Shown in pieces: positions 26,101 to 38,100 of a stretch of DNA of 64,000 bases. Location of the stretch: the NCBI GenBank assembly GCA_030141605.1, contig JAQGDQ010001071.1:1-64000 (forward strand), given 5' to 3'. The first letter of the stretch is position 1; the number at the start of each line of letters is the position of its first letter. This stretch comes from Tubiluchus corallicola. Lineage: Eukaryota > Animalia > Priapulida. Under the pieces are notes generated by a model, which saw nothing but the letters and a program-made list of their open reading frames with translations, had not been told where the DNA came from and made no database searches. The position numbers and the translations under genes were made by a program.

Positions 26101-29100
26101 CATTGTTTTTCGGAAGGCGTTCACACTAGGCAGTAAGTCACTGGATGTCATCTCGTAGCAACTGTTTCAAAGTTTGCAGTAACTTGCCGACAGTAACTCG
26201 CAAAGGCGTTCACACTAGGCAGTAAGTCACTGGATGTCATCTCGTAGCAACTGTTTCAAAGTTTGCAGTAACTTGCCGACAGTAACTCGCAAAATAATTC
26301 ACCTTTGCTAATTTGCTATCAGGGAGAGAAAGCTCATTAGTCTGACGTAAAAGTTTGTAATTCAATCTAGAAGAATGGCCTCTATCATTATAAACTTAGT
26401 AGTCATTGTACAAAGTCACCTTGGTTTGGAGTCACAGTTTTGGTTTTTAAATGACACGTGGTTTTGAAACATCATCCAGATAATGAAGACAGATTAAACA
26501 TGACATAAACCTAGAAACCTGAAGTAGGTTTCAGAAAAATCGCTTTAAAAATCATATTATTGTACTGCAATTTTATGCGTATAACGTACACGCGATGAAA
26601 GGAATTTTTGCTCGTTTTCATTCTAAATCTCCCGCAATACTGTTCCGACTGCACCATTACATGACGTCACTACGCAAACATAAATCAGGGAAAGAAAAGG
26701 AAATGTTAAACTATGACCCAGAAAGCTAAAAGCTTTCCATGCAAATCTGTATTACTTAACATTTGCCTTACCTGCTGGAAAGACTTATGTAACTAGAAAT
26801 AATCAATTAAAATGTTCGTGCCAATCGGTAAAATGTGCTGACTCACCTTACAGGATGCACTACTCACTAACTAGAAAACATATTTTTAATCTTATTGACT
26901 AAATGCAGTAATTTAAAATTCTACTTTCATTAGTGACATATGTGCTACAAATGCTCTGATTACTTTTTCAAACTTCACGCAGTGTTACCATCAGAATGGC
27001 TGCGTCTGACGGTCATTGCGTGAGTTTAAATCAAGTTTTGTACATTACTGCCAATGCAAGCCCTGTATGCAATAAGGCAGATTGTAAGTGGAGGGTTTTC
27101 TTGCATTTTAACTTACAGATGCAACATTGTAACTCATGCAACGTTCGTTTTTGCACTTTGCAGGAAGAGCAGCAAGACGAGGAAGACGAGGAGGAAGTCA
27201 AATTCCGCGTTTTACCCTGCTTGCCGAAGGTGGCAGCACCGTTGCCTACGCGGAATGGCAGTGGTTGCATGGCAATTTTCAAATTTTGCCTACGCTGGGT
27301 GCTATATATTCTGTCCTTTCCGTTCGTCTGCGCGTTCACGTGGACGATACCCGACTGCTCGAAAGAACACAATAGGTAATTTTGTCATCACTGAGATCGT
27401 TTCTGTACGATTGAAATTTTTTGGTTAGTAATTATGTTTGCAAAGTCCTTTACTGATATGAGAGAGAGAGAACGCTTGAGTGGCCACAGTGTGTGCTTAG
27501 CAGCCCAAGTTTGGCAACAGTAAACATAGTCAGTATATGGATGGGTGACCATCTGAAGAACGGCTCCTAGGCGGTTTCATTTACCGTAACGCTCCTGGCT
27601 ATTTACCTCAAAGGATGTACATATTTAAAAACACATGTGCAAGTTTAACGTCTCATCTAAGAAGATTGGCCTTCTTTATAAAACAATGTTAATACTTATA
27701 GCATGGGGCTAGTTATTATAGCTGTGGGCACCAGCGTGCCGCGGTGTATATTCATTTTTCTACTGTTTTATACCTAGTCCACATGGTGCTTCAAAAGAAT
27801 GACATTCAAAACAGTGAACTTTGTCCAGATTTTCACTGACGGCTACTTAACTATTTCATAAAGGGGTGCTATTTAATCTCTCTTCATTTCTGAAATAGTG
27901 CAGAAATGGCTTATACGATAACGAGCTTTGTTTTAGCCAGTGTCGTGAAGGAAGGCAAAATCAACGAAAAAAGGAAATTGGAAAAGAAATGAAACCAGAA
28001 TTTGTTATCAAATGTTTCGGAGATTAAAATCAGAACGGCAGACTTTTAAATTATATTTGGATAAGTAGCGTTTCACAAGTCACACTAGTGAATTTCGTAA
28101 GAAAGAAATTAAACTCTCCCCACGCAGAGTAATTACTTTTTGTATCAATAAAACAAACCCACTCTGGAATTCACGTGCATAAGAACACGTCTGTTCTAAT
28201 GGTTTTGAAGAAATAGTGGCATATGTCAGAGGTTCAAATAAATTGATTGGCTCACAGAATAGTTATTTCTTTAGCTTAAAAAGGAGTTGAAACTTTCTTT
28301 AGGAACAAAAAGCAGCAAAATCCTTCAATGTATTAAACTGCTCTTGCACCGAAATATTAAAAATAAAATAATCATGGCTGCCCCATAAGCTCTTCAGCTG
28401 TGTAGGCAGAACTGATACAGTTTATTATAAGAAGTGTTTTCGCCTTGTAAGCAACATCATTAAATGTGTGAAAATTCTCTATCAGTTTTCTCTTGCTGTC
28501 ATTTGAACAAACCTACACTGCAGTGTGTAATCGCGTTACTTATTATAAATTCATAACAGGATTTGTCAAATAATCTCTGCACAAGCCAGTCTAAACAGAT
28601 TTGTGAGTCTGAACTTATACATCAGTCCAGCATCTGTCTTGCATGGACCCCATCTGCCGGGCCATGTTGAAAGCAGCCGCTGCATAATCTGTAAACATAA
28701 AGAGCTTTGATTAATTATGTGGTCTCCACCCGCAAAAGAGGGCCGACTTGCACTTGAATCTTCAGGCTGTTTTTATCATAAAAATCAAACTCGCCCTTAC
28801 AAAAACTGTTAAAAAACGTAGAACTGGGAATCTGATCATTTCGATGCTAGAAGATCGATTTTAAAAGGCAATAAGCATTTTCTTTCATTTCTTGGCAAGT
28901 CATAGCAATATGATTTGTAGAATTGCTGTCCATTAGGCATTGCTGTAAACGTGGTGATGAGAATTGGCAACTAAAACTTGCCTTACAATTATTTACAGAC
29001 AAGGCTTACAGGAAGAGTGTTCATGTATGTAGATATAATTCCATAATGTGTAGAAACCTGTAACATTAGGTCTTTAACTGTTATTCTGCGTGAGAGCCGT

Positions 29101-32100
29101 AAGGCATAAAATCTATAGCACGAGTATTGTTGATTATTGAACAGTAGGTATTGTTTATTATTGAACGGTTGGTATTGTTCACTACTGAACAGTAGTATTG
29201 TTCTTTGTTGAACAGTAGGTATTGTTGATTATTGAACAGTAGGTATTGTTTATTATTGAATGGTTGGTATTGTTCACTACTGAACAGTAGTATTGTTCTT
29301 TGTTGAGTGGTAGGTATTGTTCATCACTGTACAGTTAGTATTGTTTATTATTGAACGTTTGGTATTGTTCACTACTGAACAGTAGCTATTGTTCTTTATA
29401 AAACAGTAGGTACTATTCTTTGTTGAATGGTTCGTATTGTTCACTACTGAACAGCAGGTGTCGTTCTTTATTGAATATTAGGCATTCGTTGTTGAACTAT
29501 TGATGAAGTCCATTACCGAATGTTTGATATTGTACGTTAATTGAACAGTTGGCATTATTCGTTATTGAACAGTAGGTATTGTTCATTAATAAAACGGTTA
29601 ATAAAGTTTGTTATTGAACGGTTGGTATTGTTCGTTATTGAACAGCAGGTATTGTTTGTTATTGAACGGTTACTTAATGAAGTGCTTTTTTCATATTCAG
29701 GAAATGGTTTTGGTTGAGTTTTCTCTTATCCGTATTGTGGATAGCTGTGCTGAGCTTCACCATGGTAACCGTGGTCGGAAGAGCCGGATGCTTGTTAAAT
29801 GTTGACACCTACACCATGGGGCTAGTTATTATAGCTGTGGGCACCAGCGTGCCGGTGTGTATTCATTTTTCTACTATTTTATACCTAGTCCACATGGTGC
29901 TTCAAAAGAATGACATTCAAAACAGTGGACTTTGTCCAGATTTTCACTGATGGCTACTTAACTATTTCATAAAGGGGTGCTATTTAATCTCTCTTCATTT
30001 CTGAAATAGTGTAGAAATGGCATATATGAAAACAAGCTTTGTTTTAGCAAGTGTTGTGAAGGAAGGCAAAATCAACGGAAAAAGAAAGTTGGAAAAGAAA
30101 TGAAACCAGAATTTGTTATCAAATGTTTCGGAGATTAAAATCAGAAGGGCAGACTTTTAAATTATATTTGGATAACACCAAGTAGGTTTGCTTATTGGAG
30201 AAATGTTCACCTCTAAATGCAGAAAGAGGCGCCATAGCTTGCATCTCTGCAGGTTAGTCGCCACAGCATGAGCACAAGTCTGTAAAACTTACAAAGTTAC
30301 TCACGATACTTGCTATAAATTGGCTTTTCTAGCTGAGTCATCAGCAGCCACCATAATTGGCTGTTCATGGCTTACATGGTCCTTCAGCACTGACAAACAC
30401 AAGAATGACAGTGTTTACAATGACAGTGTCTACAATGACAGTGTGGATGACCTATTATGCTCTTTTTTATAATTAAAGTTATGTTATGGTTATTAAGTAT
30501 ATTTAGTGATTCCTGGTTTAACTCTTTCAGGACTGCACCATTCACAATTAGCTCTTATAAGACCCATGGTTTTCCTGTTATTGTTTGAGCACAGACATAC
30601 CTAAATGATTACAAGTTAGGCACTGTTCTATTGAGGGGAATATTGGCTATACAGTCATGCTATTTGTTTAAACATTTATAAGTGATTTAATTCTATGAAA
30701 TTAAGGAAAATACATCGTCTTCAGGCACTCCAGCTTGACCTATCTAGTAGCTTAGTCTGGTGTACACTTGCCTGATCGTACACACTAATTTATTGATCAC
30801 CTGCTTGCTACAGTCCAAGCTGTGCATTGTTCTGCTGCTATTCCAGGGAAAACAATCGATCAGCCAAGGACAAATTAAGGTCATTTCATCTTTTAACAGG
30901 AATTTCTTCTTAAAAATAGAATAGACTTAAGGCCAAAGTTTATCAGAGTGTTTAGTTGAAATTTTCTGCCTTAGGTGATTTCACACAAGTGACACTGTAC
31001 TGTACATTGTTACAGTGCAAACGCTGCAGTTGCTGCAAACCTTTTACAATTTATCTCTCAAAAATCGATTTTTAATTTGTCTAAGGTCAGCAAATGCATT
31101 GTATGTATAAGTTTGCATGAAAATTCATTGTAGGATGAGTAGAAACCTACAACAATTGTCAAATATGATGCAATCGCTGCTTATTAAGAGCAGTTTTTCA
31201 TGAACTTATTCAAGATGTAGCAAACGGTCGTGAAGGAGTCAATAATACTGTTTTTTTACTTATCCACCCTCGGTGTTTTTACAGAGTGATTAATTCAGCT
31301 GGTCCACTGAACCCAGTTCCCGAAAATATATGGAATAATAGATTATCAGTCTTTCCAAGAAGACCAGCTTGCGGCAGAATGATCTGGCTAACTTCAGCAA
31401 TGGAAATAATCTTGAACAACCTGTTTGTCTGCCAGAAGCAGTAAAAAAACGAGTTTTAAAGTAAATGCCCAGTTATTTTTATCATATGAAAACCAACTTC
31501 TTAAGGAGAAGAGGAATAATTTAATCTTATACGCCCGTTTTTTTGCGCACAACTTACGTGAATTAATTAATCAAACGCGTCAGATCTCATCAATTTGAAC
31601 TGAGGTACTGAATCTGCATTCACCAAATTGACGTCTAACATAATGTCAATCATTTTCATTGACTGTCCAATCAGCGTGCAAGTTATTTCACACACCCCTG
31701 CAGCAGGTACGTTCGGGACATTTAGCTACAGCTCTGTCTAAACTGTTATGAAAAATACTCAACTTTTCATTAGTTAGTGGTAGAAATATAAGCCTGTTTC
31801 TGGATTTTAATATTGTCAATTGAAATTGTAGGTGAATTGGGTGGAAATATATAGTCACGTTTCGTTTGTAGGAAAAAATTCACAACGCTTGCGTTTATGA
31901 GTTGCTGATTAAACCATTTTGTAATCAAGAAAATGTGCAGTTTAGTTTAGTTTATGGCTTTGCAAGTTAGATAAAACAACTATTTGATCAACTTTAAATA
32001 AGGACAAAACAAAATGTTTTCTTTTCTGGCCAGTTTTTATAAACCTCAATGAGATCTTCACAGTCAAAATTAATCCAAATGTGGTCAAAACTCATATATC

Positions 32101-35100
32101 ATACATCAATGTAATATTAGCTAATTTTACGCTATTTTTCTGTTTGTAATCAAGGTTAAATGATTACCATTGGGACTTATGTGACTCGGGAATTCAATAT
32201 AAGGGTCGTCTATGGAATGGAACAGTCAAATCTATTCCATTTCCATAGCCTGACAAACGTAAAAATATAAAAACTTGATAAATCTTGCAGACGAGCACAT
32301 TATCAATTCATAAAGAAAAATACATCGCAGGTTTGATGTTTATTTGCTTAAAAGCAAGAAAGACTTTGTTGCTCATTTATTGTAAAGCAAGGCTAACTGG
32401 CTTAGTTTCTTTATTATACTTATGTCTCTGTATTTTGCAGTGTTTGAAACTTCGTCTCTACATTCTGTTTAAATTGAAAAGTCATTTTTTTAGCTAATTG
32501 AAGTGTTAATTTTGTGTTAAAGTCGGTGCTGCTCTGCAAATTTATGTTTAAGAAAAACGGTAACCAGTTTATCTGCTGATTAGACATTGGTTGTGACTGT
32601 CATGTTGTTTAGTTTAGCTTAGACAGTTGTTGTCCTGCCTGCGCTGTTGTCCCGAATGCTGCTGAGCTTGCTTACGTCACAGCGGAGGCGGAGCGATAGA
32701 CAAATATGTTTGACGTCAATTTCGGCTGCGAATTGTGAATGACGTCACAGCAGAATTTTCCGAAAAGCATTATGGGATGCCTGTGCCCGTATTTACGTAG
32801 TAAATGATACAGTTGATACTGTACTGACTTGAGCTGTCACAGGTTGAACTGTTAGTAATACAGAAGTTTGTTTTTGTGTTATGCTACTTTTTGTACGTTA
32901 CACATGTGCAAAATACCCCGAATTCCCGACCCGGAACCGGACAGTAAGCGGCTAGGAATGCTTCCTTGCATGTAAAACAAGGCATTATAATTTCCCGCCT
33001 CGACGTCATTGGTGACTGGCCGCTTGACCAGTGAATTGCAATGCTTCCTTGCGTGTAAGACGAGGTATTATAATTTCCTGCCTTGACGTCATAAGTGAAT
33101 GGTCGCTTGACCACTGAATAGCAATGCTCTCTTGCATGTAAAACGAGGTATTATAGTTTCCTGCGTTGACGTCATAAGTGAATGGTCGCTTGACCACTGA
33201 ATAGCAATGCTCTCTTGCATGTAAAACGAGGTTTTATATTTTCCCGCCTTGATGTCATAAGTGAATGGTCGCTTGACCACTGAATAGCAATGCTCTCTTG
33301 CATGTAAAACGAGGTATTATATTTTCCCGCCTTGACGTCATAAGTGAATGGCCGCTTGAACACTGAATTGCAGAGAAATCCCGAAATTATTTTTATAATT
33401 ACTTAATTATTTTACAAAAGCAAAAGGAATATCATTTCAACACGTGTTCCTTAAACTTTTGCTAAAAATTGTTGCTGAGGCTGGGCTTTTACTTTAAATG
33501 ATGTGAACGGATGAGTTAAACAAACCTGCAATCCTGATATATAGCAGTGTGCGCGATGTATTTGATTTTCAATTTGCTCGAACATGAGGCAGTATCGTAA
33601 TTCACTTTCCCGTAAACATTACTACATGTGTTCTCTTTGTGACTAGTTCATGGCCTTCTTTTTGCTTTCCTGTTTTATTGAACCAGACGTTGTCGGTGCA
33701 CTGTTTAACATTTTTCAGTAGCCCATATGCACATGCATATCACCTTCTGTAATACACGTTCACGAATGAAACAAATCCTCTAAGCTGATTCATATTCAGG
33801 AAGGAGATTACAATTCCCAACAAAATTTAAATACCCTAACAAAACCCTAGTACTAATTAGGATTGCTGGATTAGAAAATTAGAAATACGGGACTCTCTAT
33901 TACTGCATATAAAATTTATACATGCCTACACACCCAGATCAATATATCATAAAAGTAGAGTTATAATTTATAAGCCAAAAACATAAGGATTTTAATGGGT
34001 TATGAGAAAAACAAATGTGCAATCACTTGAAATATTTAATACAGACAACAGTGAAATATTAATACAGACAACATTTGAAACTACTACATATAATAATCCT
34101 AATTACTGAATAATTGTATTGTTTTGTTTAGATTTAGGTATCTAACTTGTATCATTTTTACTGTTTTTATTATTATTTTTTCTTATTTGTTTTTGTTTTT
34201 GTTATCTGCAGCATCACCGTTAATTTTTAATATACTAATATATTTATAAGAAAGGGCAGGAGACTAGATGACGCTATGGTCCTTCCCTGCCCTGCTCCAT
34301 GATTATAATTACTTAATATTTAAAAAAAACTTTTGATGTTAAACTAATTGGAGAAAATAAATGTTCTATGTCTATGTCTATGTCTACTCAATATAGATAA
34401 CTGAAACAAATTCTCAGAGAGTGAAATCATTACAAAATTCTTATTCAAAATGTAAAGGAAAAGAATTTGGAAGAATATTATAATTTTAACACAAACAATA
34501 GAGAAAATAAACTAAAAATTTATTTAGGCCGGAGAGCAAAACGGTAACCATAGCAACTGAACAAGTTGCAAACAGGCAGCAGACACATCAGTTTTGTATA
34601 AACTTTTAGCAATACTAGTCACTGAAAGCTGAGTACAGGACAGGGGACAAAACTATCAAATATGGTACGGGTCCCATATTTCAGGGATGTCTGCAACGTT
34701 AGTCCTAATCCGCTTCACAAACTAATTTCTTGTGTGCGGGAAATTGTAAACTTTAGCCCCTTTTCACTTACATAGAAACTATTACCTCATTGAAGTTTTC
34801 AAGTAACGCATCTGAATTGAAAAGAAACTATTCAATCAAAGTTTCTAAATGCCACTTAACGTGATTGTAAATTTGTCTTTCTTCCCGTTTACACAGTTTC
34901 TGGATATTTCAGTCCTCTAAACATCGACTTTCTCAGAAAGCCAATTCAGATGGTGACATCTTTTTATTAAGCAATAATATAATGCGATTGTATTGATTTC
35001 AGGACTGCCTCAGCTCTATTCTGGTAGCCAGAGATGGTTATGGAGATATGGCTGTCTCCAACGCTATCGGCTCAAACGTTTTCGACATTAATCTCGGTCT

Positions 35101-38100
35101 GGGCCTGCCATTCATCATTCGCATGGCCATCGATAAAGGAAAACCCATCTCTTTATTATCCGACGAGGAAAAGGTAAGCGTGCCTGGGTTCGTTTAGGAT
35201 AGTTGGAATGAGTCCTTTGAGTTATGCAGCAAATTTTGTGCGAATACTTAAGCTGAATGTATTCCTTGATTAGCTCATTCATTTTCTTCCATATTTTCCT
35301 TCAGGCTGACAAGGAAAATACTTCTCTTTCCGTCTAATTTTCCCAGAAATATTTTTTATCGCGCATCCAGTCGAGAATTTTATAATTTTTTTGCTCATAC
35401 TTACTTGATGCGGTCATATGAAAGCCTGTATTTTCTTAATTCAAAATGCTTAATGCAATAATTATTATAACATTGGGAATGCAGGACGCAACCATGTTGT
35501 TCTATGGCTAACTCATGGCCGGGGTTGCCGTTTTGTATGATGCTCTTTGCATTGGAGGCTAAAAAGTACGGAATTTTCCTTGAAATTGGTGTATTAACGG
35601 TCATGTTGCCGCCTATACCATAATTATCAGAACATACATGAGTTCATGATACAAAAAAGAGACTATGCACTAATTAATAATTATACGATAATTTAGTAAT
35701 CTGAAGCCAAAAAACAAAGCGTGAAAAAATGCGCGTTGAAAAAATTTAAAACATTACTGCTAACCAGTGAGAAATAAACAAACTTTGATTTCAACTGATT
35801 TTAAATGTTCAACGATTCAGCTTTAAACATTCACAAAGTTTTAAAAAAATTATCTTCCCTCCCTACTGACATCTTTGATGAGCTCATGGCCTGGCCTCAC
35901 CATCAGCCACAGTGCATCAGTCCTGTGGGAATAAAAACTGTGAGCGTCTTTTTATGCGATCATAAAATTTATCTCAGAACTCGTAATTAACCAAACGCGT
36001 GATTAAACACTTTCGATTAATTATTTCCGAGTTAGTTCAAAAATTTCTACTAAAATTGATGAAGCGAGAATCCGTTCCGTTTACATTAGTGGGCGTAATT
36101 ATGACTCCGCAGTAAGGCAAACAGAGATGGCATTTTCATTAACTGTCATAATATCGTTAACCAAAAGTTTATCAAAATTTGTCCTATAAACAAATGGTGT
36201 GATGAAAAATCGATAGATAATTTAATTTAAGTGGGTTTAACTTACAGCACTTTATAACCCTGGATTATTTGTGGGAAATTCACCATAAATTTTTGCAAGT
36301 TCCTTAAAGCACAAGAAAACCCTCCACTTACATAAAGATTAAAAAATTCGTCTTGAAATTTTATACCACTTACTACATTTTCGTATGCATGGCTTGCATC
36401 GGCAGTAACTGTTTATAAAATGTGTAAATTTAAACTCCCGCAATGATCGTTAGGCACAGCCATTTTAATGGTAGGTCATTTGAAACAAGTTTTGTTAACA
36501 TTGAATAAAGTTTGAAAAAATAATCAGAGCATTCGTAGCACACATGTTGCTAATTAAGTAAAATTTTAAATTACTGTATCTTGTCAATAAGATTAAAAAT
36601 ATGTATTTGGTTATTGAGTGGCGCACCCTGGAGGGTGACTCAGCAACATTTTACCAATTGGCACAAACATTTTAAACTATTAATCTAGTTTCATAAGTCT
36701 TTCCAGTAGGTACGCGATAAACCAAGTAATATAGATTTGCACGGAAAGTCTTTTGGGTCATAATTTAACATTTCCTTTTTTCCCCTGATTTAGTGGCATA
36801 GCGACATCGTGTAGTGACGTCATGTAATGGCGCCGTCGGAACAGGATTGCGGGAGATTTAAAATGAAAACAAACAAAAATTCCTTTCAACGCGAATACGA
36901 TATACGCATAAAAGTGCTGTAAAGTAATATAATCTTTTAAGGCGATTTTTCTGAAACTGACTTCAGGTTTCTCTTTTCTTGTCCCTTAAAGGTCTGTCCC
37001 TAGTCTGAATCAAATTATGTCCCTGAATTTTTGGTTTTTCTGGGTACCAAAATGAAATCATCGAAAAATTAAGGCAAAAAAATAAAAGAAATTAGGATCA
37101 TTTTTGGGTACTACTCGGCTTTCTTGCTATTTTTGCAGTTTACTATTCTTTATAAATATTGTGTTCTTTTGTACACATGAAAAAACATTGTGTTCTTTTG
37201 TACACATGTACACATAAAAAAACATTGTGTTCTTTTGTACACATAAAAACATTGTGTTCTTTTGTACACATAAAAAACGTGTTCTTTTATACACATGAAA
37301 AACACATTGTGTTCTTTTGTACACATAAAAAACATTGTGTTCTTTTATACACATGAAAAACACATTGTGTTCTTTTGTACACATAAAAAACATTGTGTTC
37401 TTTTGTACACATGAAAAACACATTGTGTTCTTTTGTACACATGAAAAACACATTGTGTTCTTTTGTACACATAAAAAACATTGTGTTCTTTTGTACACAT
37501 GAAAAACACATTGTGTTCTTTTGTACACATAAAAAACATTGTGTTCTTTTGTACACATGAAAAACACATTGTGTTCTTTTGTACACATGAAAAAACCTCA
37601 ACAGGGCACAAAATTGCTAGTTTTCAATAATTGCAATACTCTAGTAGAATATTATTGTGTGACCCATGAATATTACTGTGTTGAGAGTAGTACTTGTTTT
37701 GTTGTTGGTGCTGTTTGCAAAGGAAGACAGGTGATTTGCAAAGTTGCGGAATGCATGAAAACTGAAGTTTGTTACCCGTGGCATGAGCGAAAGATATAAT
37801 ATTTGTGACACACGCCTAATAGGGGCGAACATCGAACGTTCGAATTTGATTCGAACGAGTTTTTTTTAGTTCGAATTCAATTCGAATCTAAAATTTTTGT
37901 AGATTCGAATCATTCAGCACTTCAGCCAGATACGTTCTTTATCATTAAAATGTTTGAAACATCGTGCAATGTGCACAATTTAGCTGCAGTTTCTGTGCAA
38001 AATTTTTCATAAACTTTTACTGCAGAACAGAATCAAGTAATATGCTTGATCTTTGTAAGACCAGTTTTTACCAGTGACTCAAAAACTTGTTCGAAATTCT

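Noticed and set aside
25058-26129. Long ORFs of 196 and 248 aa
   Set aside because: 54-bp minisatellite with frame-shifting T-run variation; intronic.
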